This document shows positions 17,433 to 26,609 of a stretch of 44,937 nt of DNA, piece by piece. The notes under the pieces were generated by a model. It did no database searches and was not told the origin of the DNA. It saw only the letters and a program-made list of their open reading frames with translations. The position numbers and the translations under genes were made by a program. Source of the stretch: a virus (taxonomy: Duplodnaviria > Caudoviricetes); the IMG/VR virus record IMGVR_UViG_3300048848_000254, positions 1 to 44,937 of that record. One strand, given 5' to 3'. The first letter of the stretch is position 1, and every line of letters starts with the position of its first letter.

Positions 17433-17687
17433 TCACACCTTCCGGATCCGTGGGCCGGTCACGGATCCGAAGCCGGGCCCATCCGCCAGCGGGATGACCG
17501 GCGCCTTCGGATCCACGAGAAAGCCGATACCGCGCAGCCGTTTGACGTCCTCGGCCGGCAGTTCGATTTCCGCACCGGCCTGCCGGCGCTTGCCGTCCAT
17601 ATCGAGAACGGTGCGCCCGCGCGCGACGGTCGCCTTCACCAGACGCCCGGACGGCGCCTTGGTGGCCGGGGTGGTGGGCGCCGTCAT
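17433..17687 (-). CDS. Small virion-associated hypothetical protein
   Basis: Translationally coupled to the capsid gene. Confidence 0.65.
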   Translation of the reverse strand: MTAPTTPATKAPSGRLVKATVARGRTVLDMDGKRRQAGAEIELPAEDVKRLRGIGFLVDPKAPVIPLADGPGFGSVTGPRIRKV

Positions 17688-18742
17688 CAGTCGACCACCG
17701 GATCGCAGACGTTGGCCGAGAAGCAGGCGTTCACCCGGCTCGGGATGACGATCGGCGAGGACTGCATCATCAGAAAGCGCTGCGCCGGATCTTCCTGCAC
17801 CCAGGTCTTGGGGGCGAACGGCAGCGCCTCATAGTTGAACGCCGGATCCAGGATCTGCCCGAACGCACGGGTACCTTGGAGGTTGGGTCCGGACATGATC
17901 ACGTCGCCATCGACCAGCATGGGGCGCTCGACGTTGTCTTCGTCCACGAACCAATCGTTGTAGACCCACAGGTCATACTGACCCCAGCGGCCCTTGTAGA
18001 CGGCGCCTTGCTCGATCTGCGCGCCGGGGTTGATCACGTTCCCCAGCGACGCGAGCGCCGGGAAGTAGATCGCGCCTTTGAGCTTTTCGTCCGCGATAAA
18101 GCCGCTCCAGGCGCTGGTCGTGAAGACGATATCCGTCACCTTGGCGCCGGACTTCTTCAGGATCGCGTGCTGCCAGGCCTCGATGTCGGCAGCTGGCGTG
18201 GCGGTGCCGGCGGACACGTTGGCGGGCGTCCACTGGCGGCCAGCCGTCAGGGCCACGGTCAGGTCGGGATCGCGGCCGAAGTCCACCACTACCGTCTCGA
18301 AGCCTTCGCCCTCGATGGTGACCGAGCCGCTGCGCAGCGCCGATGCCGCCATCCATTCCAGCCGGCGATTCAGGATGTCGATCTGGTCGGTCATCTCGAA
18401 TTCGAGGTTCGCCATTTCGCGCTCGATGCCCTTCAGCTCGCCGCCGATGCGTTCGCCGATCATGCGGCGCACGGGCTTGCGCAGGTCCGGCGCGCGCTTG
18501 TCCTTGATGTAGGCCGGCTTGAAGGTGTTGGTCTGGATGCGGCGCTGTTCGACCAACTTGCCTTCGACCAGCGGGGAGACGAACGGGGCCATCCGGCGCT
18601 TGCCGATGTCCACGTCGATCGATACGAATTCCGAGTCCGCGGTGACAATGTTCGTGAAGAACTTGTCCAGCAGGAAAGACTGCGCCACCTTCAGGTTCGG
18701 AACGACCTGAATCAGCGTATTGGTGTCATAAACGAGGGACAT
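17687..18742 (-). CDS. Major capsid protein (lambda gpE family)
   Basis: MAPFVSP, F.PAYIK.K, RRLEWMAA.AL, QS.P. Confidence 0.93.
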   Translation of the reverse strand: MSLVYDTNTLIQVVPNLKVAQSFLLDKFFTNIVTADSEFVSIDVDIGKRRMAPFVSPLVEGKLVEQRRIQTNTFKPAYIKDKRAPDLRKPVRRMIGERIGGELKGIEREMANLEFEMTDQIDILNRRLEWMAASALRSGSVTIEGEGFETVVVDFGRDPDLTVALTAGRQWTPANVSAGTATPAADIEAWQHAILKKSGAKVTDIVFTTSAWSGFIADEKLKGAIYFPALASLGNVINPGAQIEQGAVYKGRWGQYDLWVYNDWFVDEDNVERPMLVDGDVIMSGPNLQGTRAFGQILDPAFNYEALPFAPKTWVQEDPAQRFLMMQSSPIVIPSRVNACFSANVCDPVVD

Positions 18743-18777
18743 TCCTCATCTCCATGGGATGTAACGCGAAGGCCCAT

Positions 18778-18800
18778 AAAAAACCCCGCCGAATCGGGGT
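18778..18800 (-). terminator. Intrinsic terminator between decoration and capsid genes
   Basis: Minus strand ACCCCG-ATTCGG-CGGGGT followed by a T-run. Confidence 0.65.
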
Positions 18801-18823
18801 CTTTGGTGAGCGGTCAGGTACGG

Positions 18824-19504
18824 TTAGGTGGGATCCGCGGCGGAGACCGAGGACTTGACGAAAATCGTGTTGGCGCGCAGCGCGGGCGTCAACGTGGCGA
18901 TGGTCCAGGAAGCGTCGTAATGCAGCGCACGCGCATTCACCTCCACCATCACGTATGCGCCGGCAGTCACCGGGCCGGCCGTGGCATCAGCATCGTCGGC
19001 CAGGATCGCGCTGGGCGTTTGGCTGCCGTCACTGGCCGACTTGACCGACAGGACGAACTGGCCGATGGCGTCCACCACGTCAATCGTGAAGGTGTCGCCG
19101 GCGGCAAAGGCCGTTCCGCCCGCGGTGATCGTGAACCCCAGGCCGCCCTGCGAGTAGGCGGTGCCCACTGTGACGTTGGGCAGCGCGGTGCCATCGGGAT
19201 CCACGGCGGTGAACGTCGTAGCGCCGGTGGCGGTCAGCACGTAGTTCCCCGCCTTGGCGGCGGCGCCCACGGTGATGGCGCCGAACGTGCCGTTGCCGGT
19301 GTTGTCCTCGCCGGCCGTGGCGATCGCGTTGTTGGTGCTGACCATGCCAAGCACCGAGCCCCGCGGCAGTTTGCCGGAAGCAAGGATGATCGGCTGGGAA
19401 ACGATCTTCAGGTTGCCCGCGATCAGTTGATCGGGGATATAGGTCTCGGCAGTGATGCCAGGCTGTTGGGGGTTATCCCCGATCGTGTTGACGGAAAGCG
19501 TCAT
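18824..19504 (-). CDS. Head decoration protein (gpD-like) with internal extra domain
   Basis: PDQLIAG...L.RGSVLG and DGSQ.P.AILA.D halves separated by a Thr/Gly-rich insert. Confidence 0.85.
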   Translation of the reverse strand: MTLSVNTIGDNPQQPGITAETYIPDQLIAGNLKIVSQPIILASGKLPRGSVLGMVSTNNAIATAGEDNTGNGTFGAITVGAAAKAGNYVLTATGATTFTAVDPDGTALPNVTVGTAYSQGGLGFTITAGGTAFAAGDTFTIDVVDAIGQFVLSVKSASDGSQTPSAILADDADATAGPVTAGAYVMVEVNARALHYDASWTIATLTPALRANTIFVKSSVSAADPT

Positions 19505-19534
19505 GTGAATTGCTCCTTGCGGATTGGGGAAGGG

Positions 19535-20077
19535 TTAGACCGGCTCGCCGCGGCGCTTCTTGCCCGCCAACACGATCTGGTCAGCCACGCTCATCTGCCC
19601 GCCCGCGCCGCCCGCGCCAGGGTTCGGCGTCCGGGTGGCCGCCATGCGTTCGGCCAGGCCGGGCTTGCGCGCGCCCGGGGCGTCGGCACGGCCAGCGTCC
19701 AGGGCAGCGATCGCAGACTGCGCCGACATCGAGGTGTCGAAAGCGAAGACGCCCGCCTGGCGCACGGCGCCGACCTTGATGCCGTGGGCGATGATGCGAG
19801 CGCAGCGCGAGCGCTCCTGGGCGCGTGCCGCCTTCGCATCGTCGTCCTCTTCGTCATCGTCGTCGTCATCCTCGGCGGCGGCGTCCTTCTCCGGTTTGTC
19901 GTCCTCGGCGCGGCGCGCTTCGTCGTCGTCCATTTCTTCCATGCGCTTGGCATAGTCCTCGTCGGACTCGTCCGGGCGCTGCTTGCGCTCGTCGTCATCG
20001 GCCGGCGCATCTTCGGCGCGCGCGCGGCCGAGACCCAGCAGGGAGGCGAACGGCGCGACCAGGGATTTCTTGCTCAT
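19535..20077 (-). CDS. Probable scaffold protein
   Basis: Highly acidic, with ER.RC..I motif reminiscent of Nu3; between protease and decoration genes. Confidence 0.6.
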   Translation of the reverse strand: MSKKSLVAPFASLLGLGRARAEDAPADDDERKQRPDESDEDYAKRMEEMDDDEARRAEDDKPEKDAAAEDDDDDDEEDDDAKAARAQERSRCARIIAHGIKVGAVRQAGVFAFDTSMSAQSAIAALDAGRADAPGARKPGLAERMAATRTPNPGAGGAGGQMSVADQIVLAGKKRRGEPV

Positions 20078-20087
20078 AGGGGTACTC

Positions 20088-20987
20088 TCACAGGTTGGTT
20101 GAATCGGCCAGCTCGTCCAGCAGGGCCATGAATGCGGCGTCGGGCGCCATGACAGCGTCCGCCAGGCCGCGGCTGACGCCGGCCGCCCCCATAAAGCAAG
20201 CGGCCTGTGTATCGCGGACAGCTTCGGCCGCGATATTCCGGTTACGGGCGACGGTGTTCACGAACAGCTCGCCCATGGTGTCGATGTCCTGCTGCGCGGA
20301 CGCTAGGGCCTCCGGCGACAGGGGGATTTCGGGGTGGAAGTCGGCTTTGCGATCGCCGTAGGTGATGAAGGTGACCGCCACGCCCGCCTTCTCCAGGGCC
20401 TGGGACCAATCGACGTGCATCATGATCACGCCGATGGAGCCGACGCCGCCGGTGCGCGGCACGATCACGCGGTCGGCGGCGCTGGCAATCGCGTAGCCGG
20501 CCGAATAGGCCGATTCGGTCAGGATCGACCAGATCGGCTTGTCGCCGCGCAGCCCGTAGATGGTGTCGACGAGGTCGAAGCATCCGGACACCTCGCCGCC
20601 GGGGGAATCCACGTCGAGCACGATGGCCTTTACCGCCGGGTCGGCATGCGCGCACAGGATGGCCTGGCGCAGCCCGTCGTAGCCGGTCATGCCGGAATAA
20701 GGCCGCAGCGTGCCCAGCTTCTGCACGAGTGTGCCGCGAACCTGGATCAACGCGATGGGCGTGTCGCCCACCATGTCGTAGCCCGAATCACGAATGGTCG
20801 GCCCTGGACTGGAGAAATCGTCATCCCAGTCGTCGTAGGCCATGGGCCTGGGCATCGCGCCGTCCAGGCGGCCAATCTTGCTGATGCCAAGCCGCTCCGC
20901 CAGCGCGGCCATGATGACCTCGGCCTTTTCCTGGCGAATGGCCAGGGGCGTGTTGAACAGGCGCTGGGCCAGATGTGCGAACCGCAT
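20088..20987 (-). CDS. S49-family prohead protease (gpC-like)
   Basis: LDVDSPGG, AYSAGYAIAS, GSIGV. Confidence 0.92.
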   Translation of the reverse strand: MRFAHLAQRLFNTPLAIRQEKAEVIMAALAERLGISKIGRLDGAMPRPMAYDDWDDDFSSPGPTIRDSGYDMVGDTPIALIQVRGTLVQKLGTLRPYSGMTGYDGLRQAILCAHADPAVKAIVLDVDSPGGEVSGCFDLVDTIYGLRGDKPIWSILTESAYSAGYAIASAADRVIVPRTGGVGSIGVIMMHVDWSQALEKAGVAVTFITYGDRKADFHPEIPLSPEALASAQQDIDTMGELFVNTVARNRNIAAEAVRDTQAACFMGAAGVSRGLADAVMAPDAAFMALLDELADSTNL

Positions 20988-22618
20988 TATTGTTCCTCTG
21001 GAGCCTTACTGGCTTCCTTGGCATCGGCGCCTTGCAGCGCCGCTGGAATGGGCAGCCCCAGCCGCAGATACCGCTCGCGCTCGATCGCCCGGCGGTCGGC
21101 CACGTCGCGCCAGTCGGTACCGGAGATCTCCGCGCACTCGTCCTCGAGCGACGACATGCCGCCATCGATGCCAAGGATGGCGCCCTGCCGTTCCTTGACG
21201 ATGTCCACCAGGCCGCGACCAGGGCCCATCCACTTGGCCCGCGAATACGCGAATCGGGCTTCAACGAAGTCCGGCGCGCCGGCGGGCATGGGATAGTCGT
21301 CCACATCCATGGACTCTTCCAGCCAGGCCCCGTAAACCGGTTGCGCCTGGCCAGCAGCGAAGCCGGCGCGACGGCGGGCGAACGTCTTCCAGGCCTCGAT
21401 CATCGCGGACCGGTAGGCGCTGTAATTGACCTCGGACCAGTTCTGGCTGATCTGTTGGGCCGCCAGCCCGGTCGCAGCCGAGAAATTGCGCAGCATCGCG
21501 CTTTCGAACGCCGGGAAATTCCCGCTGGGCCGGCTGGGCGCTACCGTACCGATGGTTTCGCCGGGGTACAGCTGCGTCATGCCGGCGTCACCCAGGCGAA
21601 TGCGCCGGTCTTCGTGATATGCCGCGCGCTCGCGCTGGTAGGCGCTGACCTTGTCGGTCCCAGCCAAGGCTTCTTCGACCAGGTCCGGATCGAATGGACT
21701 CTGGATGTAGGCGGCAAAAAACGCGTTGATGATCGCCGCGTCCAGCTCGGTGCTGTCGTACTTGATCAGCATCTTGAAGCGCTGGAGCACCGGCGTCAGG
21801 AACCCGATACCGCGGTGCTGCGAGGCCCGATCGTGGTCGAAGTGGTGGACGATGATCGGGCGCCCCCACTCGGTTTCCCGGGCGATTCGGTCCCACTGGA
21901 CGGACTTCGCGGCACTGAACCAATCGCCCTGGTGGGCGCGGCGGATGTTGTAGGCCACGGCCACGCCGAATTCATCGACCTCTACGCCGCCGCGCATGGC
22001 CTGCTGGTCGAACTGCAATTGCGGGTTCGACAGCCGGTCGGGATCCAGCACCTGCAGCGCCGTCGCGTACTGGGCACGGCCCAGGCCCAGTCGTTGCGGC
22101 AGCCAGTGCAGCATGCTCAGAGAATCGCCGTCGATCAGCTGGTGCCGAAACGCCAACTGCATCATCTGCGGGAAGTTCAGCGCCCGCTCCGAATCGCAAT
22201 AAAAGCCCGGGTCATGCGCCCAGCTGCGCCAGTTCGCCTCGATTGCCTGACCAAATTCGTCCGCCCAGACGTGGTCGAAAGCCTTGATGCCCGTGTGGGC
22301 CTGAAGCCAGCGATAGTCCGGCTTTGCAATCGGGCGGAAATCCGGCCCGATGACGTTGTCGACCGTGCGCATGACCGCCGCGGTTGCCCAGCCGTCATTG
22401 CGGATCAAGTCACGCGTGCGCGCCGCCAGGCGGTCGCGGTACATGTTGATCTCGCCGTCCGGAGACCACAGGAACGGACTCCAATCGCGGACATGACCGC
22501 CGTTCAGGTCCGCGGCATCATAGGGCGCGTTGCTACCCGGCGCCAGCATGGACGCGCGGCTACGGCGCGGCGGGATCGGCCGCCCGTGCCGATCGAGAAG
22601 GGTTACGGGATCTTTCAT
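20987..22618 (-). CDS. Portal protein (lambda family)
   Basis: R.RDL.RN, Q.RG, NYS..R motifs. Confidence 0.93.
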   Translation of the reverse strand: MKDPVTLLDRHGRPIPPRRSRASMLAPGSNAPYDAADLNGGHVRDWSPFLWSPDGEINMYRDRLAARTRDLIRNDGWATAAVMRTVDNVIGPDFRPIAKPDYRWLQAHTGIKAFDHVWADEFGQAIEANWRSWAHDPGFYCDSERALNFPQMMQLAFRHQLIDGDSLSMLHWLPQRLGLGRAQYATALQVLDPDRLSNPQLQFDQQAMRGGVEVDEFGVAVAYNIRRAHQGDWFSAAKSVQWDRIARETEWGRPIIVHHFDHDRASQHRGIGFLTPVLQRFKMLIKYDSTELDAAIINAFFAAYIQSPFDPDLVEEALAGTDKVSAYQRERAAYHEDRRIRLGDAGMTQLYPGETIGTVAPSRPSGNFPAFESAMLRNFSAATGLAAQQISQNWSEVNYSAYRSAMIEAWKTFARRRAGFAAGQAQPVYGAWLEESMDVDDYPMPAGAPDFVEARFAYSRAKWMGPGRGLVDIVKERQGAILGIDGGMSSLEDECAEISGTDWRDVADRRAIERERYLRLGLPIPAALQGADAKEASKAPEEQ

Positions 22619-22866
22619 CAGCGCATCACAAATTTGATCTGGCGGCGCGCCCGGCAGGCAATGCCGAGCTTCTGCTGCAAAAGAGCGATATCGCCCTGGA
22701 GGCGCGTCAGGTCGGCCGCCCGGAAGGTGACCGACTTCGAACCATCGGATTGCGCATAGCTGGCCTGGGCCACCTGCTTGCCGTCCATCAAATCGAAATA
22801 GGCTTGCCGAAGGGCGGCCAGGCGCGCTTGCAGGTCTTCCCTGCTCATTCCGTCGTAAACGCTCAT
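22618..22866 (-). CDS. gpW-like head completion protein
   Basis: 82 aa between terminase and portal; AY.DL..G...V.F..AD...L. Confidence 0.85.
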   Translation of the reverse strand: MSVYDGMSREDLQARLAALRQAYFDLMDGKQVAQASYAQSDGSKSVTFRAADLTRLQGDIALLQQKLGIACRARRQIKFVMR

Positions 22867-22875
22867 GGCGTACCT

Positions 22876-24867
22876 CTATGCAAGTTTGCTGACGCGCGAT
22901 CGCGTACTGGCGCTGCCGACTACCTTGATGCTTGGGCCGCGCGGCGCGGCGGCGACTACCTCGGCGGCAGGCGTCTCAGGCGCCGCGGGCTCCGGCGCCG
23001 CATACGGCATGACGGTGTGCGCGGCACTCACCTCGTCCGCCAGCTTGTTCAGCTGCAGGCCCAGGTGCTGCAAGCCGCACAGCGCCGCGTAGCCGTACAC
23101 CCGGCAGTCCAGCGCCTCGTTGGCGCGGCCGGGCGGCAGCACCCAGATGCTGAACTTCTGCGCATTGGCGATCTTGATCTGCTTGCGCTCGGAGGTGAGC
23201 TGCGAGAAATAGTGCAGATCGCGGTCGACCGGAAAGTGCATATAGCCCGGGCCGGGCGTGGCCTTGTGCAGGCGGTCGCGGATCACGTCCTTGGCGGCAT
23301 TCACGCCCAGCACCACCGGGCGGAATGTCGCCTTGGTGCGGCGGCTCGGCTTCTTAGTCGGCCATACCGGGTTGCGGCGCAGGCCCACCACAGATTCGCC
23401 TTTGACGGCCCACACGCGCCGGCCCAACCGGGCCTTCGAAAAGTCGTAGACCTTCTGCGTGTGGTGGCCACCGGAGTCGATACACACCGCCTCGGCCACG
23501 AACTCGCGGCCGTCAGCCCGGCGCCAGCGGCGCTGCAGCAGCGCGTCCAGCTGGTTCCAGGGGTCCGGCGTTTCCATGTCGCCCTCGATGACCTCGTGCG
23601 CGATCGACCAGCTTTCCTCGTTTCGGCCCCAGCCGATCACCTCGACCTCGAAGCGATAGTCCTGAGTGTCGACGCCGACGGTGATCAGCGCCACGCCCGC
23701 GGGGACCTCCGCCGGCCATACCTCGCAGCGCTCGAGCAGCCGGTCTTCCTTCAATGCGCGATCGCCGCGGTCCTCATACGTCTCGCCCACCACCAGGTTG
23801 ATGAAGGTCTGCCGCATGAGCGGGTCGTCCTTCACCTCCAGCCATTCGGCAACCAGGTTGCGCCACGACGCATTGGTGAACAGGCTGTAGCCGGCCCAGA
23901 TGTGGAAGCCGGCGTGGCCGGCGAAGGGCTTCTGCGCGCGCCATTCGCCGCGCGCCACCATGTCGGGCTTGTCGATGTCGTGGATCACGCAGCCGTTGTG
24001 CCGGCACACGTAATACACGGTGTCGGGCAGGCCGTTGCCGTCGGCGTCCTTCTCCCACTTCATGCCGTAGGGCGTGTCGGGCCCGCCCCACTCCAGCACC
24101 TGGAACTCGCCGCAATGCGGGCACGGAACGAAGTACTTCCGCTGATCGCTATTCGCGTAGCTTTTCTCGATCCGGCTTTCGCCCTTCACCGTGGGCGTGC
24201 TGCCCAGGACGATTTTGCGGTTCCAGAACGACTCGCTGCGCTTGATGCCCAGCTTGATCTGGTCGCCTTCCTTGCCGGCGCCCATGACCGGATAGCCGTC
24301 CACCTCATCGAACAGCACGATGCGGGACGTGATACGCCGGAAGCCGCCGGGGCTGTTCGCGCCCACGAACGACATGGAGGCGCCGTTGCGAAAGATCCGC
24401 TTCTGGATCTTCTGCTTCGAGTCCTTCTTCTTCAGGTCGCCGACGATCTCGACCAGCACCGGCGTATCGCGCAGCATCGGCTCGATTTCGGTCGTGCTGT
24501 AGTCCTCGGCATCCTCGACGCGGGGCTGCACGACCAGGATGGGCGACGGATCCTGGTGGATGTAGTAGCCGGCGACGTGGTCCAGGATCTTGGTGTAGCC
24601 GACCCGGGCCGACTTCTGCACGGTCACCATCTCGACCGTCGGGTCGGTGATGGCGTCCATGATCCCGTTCTGATACGGGAAGGCGTGAAAGCGGCCGGTC
24701 TGGGCGCTCGTCTCGCGCGAAAGCACGGCGTACTTCTCGGCCCACTGGCTGAGCGTCAGCCGCGGCGGCGGCTGGATGTTCCGCCGGCGCGCCATCTGCA
24801 GCTGCGCGCGCAGCGCCGAATACCCGGTGGCATAGCGCCGCGCGTCAGGCGGTGCGCTGTTCTCCAT
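22876..24867 (-). CDS. Terminase large subunit (lambda gpA family)
   Basis: KSARVGYT Walker A variant, DEVD, STPT, CPHC, GVDTQ, NEALDC. Confidence 0.96.
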   Translation of the reverse strand: MENSAPPDARRYATGYSALRAQLQMARRRNIQPPPRLTLSQWAEKYAVLSRETSAQTGRFHAFPYQNGIMDAITDPTVEMVTVQKSARVGYTKILDHVAGYYIHQDPSPILVVQPRVEDAEDYSTTEIEPMLRDTPVLVEIVGDLKKKDSKQKIQKRIFRNGASMSFVGANSPGGFRRITSRIVLFDEVDGYPVMGAGKEGDQIKLGIKRSESFWNRKIVLGSTPTVKGESRIEKSYANSDQRKYFVPCPHCGEFQVLEWGGPDTPYGMKWEKDADGNGLPDTVYYVCRHNGCVIHDIDKPDMVARGEWRAQKPFAGHAGFHIWAGYSLFTNASWRNLVAEWLEVKDDPLMRQTFINLVVGETYEDRGDRALKEDRLLERCEVWPAEVPAGVALITVGVDTQDYRFEVEVIGWGRNEESWSIAHEVIEGDMETPDPWNQLDALLQRRWRRADGREFVAEAVCIDSGGHHTQKVYDFSKARLGRRVWAVKGESVVGLRRNPVWPTKKPSRRTKATFRPVVLGVNAAKDVIRDRLHKATPGPGYMHFPVDRDLHYFSQLTSERKQIKIANAQKFSIWVLPPGRANEALDCRVYGYAALCGLQHLGLQLNKLADEVSAAHTVMPYAAPEPAAPETPAAEVVAAAPRGPSIKVVGSASTRSRVSKLA

Positions 24868-25435
24868 CTCGGGTTAACTCCTCCAGGGCTTCGACAATCA
24901 CGGAATGCAGGGCGTCCTGCACCTCCTGCACCGTCCGCAGCCGCTGGATCCGCGGCGCATGCTCGGAAGGGATGGCCAGCAGCCGGGTGCGCACCTTGGC
25001 GTATTCCTCCGCCACGGCCTGGCTGACGTCCGCCACCGCCACCACCAGACCGGCGGCCTGGTCGTAGTCCAACTGGGCCTGCAGCGCCAGGTAGTTCTCC
25101 TTGACGCGCTTGGCCTCGTCCATGCCCATGTCGGCGCCGAGCGCCAACAGGATCCGCTCGGCGGCCTGGCCGGCGGTCTCGCCATCGCCGATGGTTACCT
25201 CGGCATCCTTGTGGGTAACAGCGCGCCGGCGGCGGCTGGGCTTGTTACCCTGGCTGTTACCCTGGGCCGCCTGGGTAACAGAATCGGCGCCCGCGACTCG
25301 GTACTTTTTCAGCAGCGCATTCGAGGCGTCGACATCCACCTGATCGCCCGCAAACACAAGCCAGCCGCGCTCTTTCCACTTCGTGACCGTTTTCCGACTG
25401 ACGCCGTGGAGGGCTGCAAACTCGCTCTGTTTCAT
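24845..25435 (-). CDS. Terminase small subunit
   Basis: N-terminal wHTH (QSEFA..HGVSRKTV.KW) and coiled coil; overlaps the terL start. Confidence 0.85.
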   Translation of the reverse strand: MKQSEFAALHGVSRKTVTKWKERGWLVFAGDQVDVDASNALLKKYRVAGADSVTQAAQGNSQGNKPSRRRRAVTHKDAEVTIGDGETAGQAAERILLALGADMGMDEAKRVKENYLALQAQLDYDQAAGLVVAVADVSQAVAEEYAKVRTRLLAIPSEHAPRIQRLRTVQEVQDALHSVIVEALEELTRDGEQRTA

Positions 25436-25460
25436 GGCTGCGGTTGTTACCCTGTTACCC
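25193..25460. repeat. TGTTACCC repeats (candidate TerS-binding R sites)
   Basis: Exact copies at 25243, 25255, 25445, 25453 (forward) and 25213, 25273 (reverse); variant at 25193. Confidence 0.65.
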
Positions 25461-25491
25461 AAATTTGAAAAGTCTGCACCTAGACAAACAT

Positions 25492-25536
25492 CGCGGCGCG
25501 CAATGCCCGTGTAGCTCGACCCTCCAGAGGGGACCC
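25492..25536 (-). other. cos site candidate (cosQ + cosN)
   Basis: Minus strand GGGTCCC...CACG-GGCATTGCGCGC-CGCG parallels lambda GGGTCCT...TACG-GGGCGGCGACCT-CGCG; just upstream of terS. Confidence 0.55.
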
Positions 25537-25589
25537 ATTGACCTAGAGGGGGGAGGGCCTACCCCTACGGACCGCACCACCCCGGCGCA

Positions 25590-25793
25590 TCACGCCGGCG
25601 TCGACTCGAGCTGGCGCGTCTTCTCGACGTAGCCCAGCAGGATGTCGACCAGGCCGTCGACCTGCTCATCGAGGGGCCGGCTGCGTTCCTCCTCGTCCGA
25701 CGCGAAGGCGCTGCGATTTGCACGCACGTCCGACTCCCAAGCGAGATAGGCAGCGCGCAGCTGCGCCACGGTGATGCTGGTGACTTCGGTCAT
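25590..25793 (-). CDS. Hypothetical protein
   Basis: Short ORF in late-operon orientation with plausible codon usage. Confidence 0.5.
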   Translation of the reverse strand: MTEVTSITVAQLRAAYLAWESDVRANRSAFASDEEERSRPLDEQVDGLVDILLGYVEKTRQLESTPA

Positions 25794-25801
25794 AGGGTTT
25801 C

Positions 25802-26488
25802 TCACTTTGCGGTCTTCAGCGCCTGATCCAGCGCGGCCTGGAAATCACCAGGGAAGTATCGGTCTACGATCTCGCGGGCCGTCGAGCCGAAGTTCAGTTG
25901 CTTGTTTACAGGGAGCGCGTCACCGAAGCGAATCAGCAGCTTCAGGCGCCCCCGCGGGCTTTGTTGGGCCAGGGTTGCCTTGTTGACGCCGCGGCGGCCG
26001 GCGGCCTTGCCGGCGCCACGCCCGCGCTTCGGCGCGACACGCTGCCATACACCATTCACCGACTGGCCGCCGCGCGTGCGGATCGCACCGACAAAGACGT
26101 CCGGCCGGGCCTTCAAGCGTCCGAGCGTTGCACGTGGCAGCTGGCCGTAGGAATTCAGCCTGATGTCCTTCGGATTGAGCAGCGCCCGGCTGTTCAGCTT
26201 GTGGACGCCGCCATCCTCGTAGGGCTGAAGGTAAGCCGCGGCGATCTTCTTCACGTAGATCGTGGCGACGGGCGCCGACTTGCGCGCCTTGCTCAAGCCC
26301 ACCGATTTCTGGGTGAACGGCGTCGGGTTCTTGAAGGTGGACTTGATGTTGTCCGTCTCCGCGACCTGCACGCGCACAGCAGTGGCATTGATGCCCTGCG
26401 CCAACACGAAAGGCAACTGGCGCGCCGTGAAGGCGTCGATGCGGCGCAGGACGTCCTTCATGTTGGACGTGATCTTTATGTCGAGCAT
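25802..26488 (-). CDS. Basic virion morphogenesis-type protein (minor tail gpZ-like, tentative)
   Basis: QLPF.LA..IN.TA, F..PTPFT, YL.P...GG; upstream of terS. Confidence 0.65.
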   Translation of the reverse strand: MLDIKITSNMKDVLRRIDAFTARQLPFVLAQGINATAVRVQVAETDNIKSTFKNPTPFTQKSVGLSKARKSAPVATIYVKKIAAAYLQPYEDGGVHKLNSRALLNPKDIRLNSYGQLPRATLGRLKARPDVFVGAIRTRGGQSVNGVWQRVAPKRGRGAGKAAGRRGVNKATLAQQSPRGRLKLLIRFGDALPVNKQLNFGSTAREIVDRYFPGDFQAALDQALKTAK

Positions 26489-26609
26489 ATGCCTTCTCAC
26501 ACACACGCACATTGTTACGGTGCGCGGCACCACAGCGCGCGATCCTCAGAAAAATATGTTAAATACGCTGTGTATACACATCAAAGTAATCACGACACCA
26601 AAATCAATA

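Noticed and set aside
12044-25026. Very long plus-strand ORFs (12044-13954, 17876-20131, 20975-22759, 22750-25026)
   Set aside because: Antisense shadows of well-supported structural genes in high-GC DNA; no motifs and atypical composition.
26568-26583. Second LexA box (CTGTGTATACACATCA)
   Set aside because: Right half lacks ACAG at the required spacing; kept only as a palindrome.
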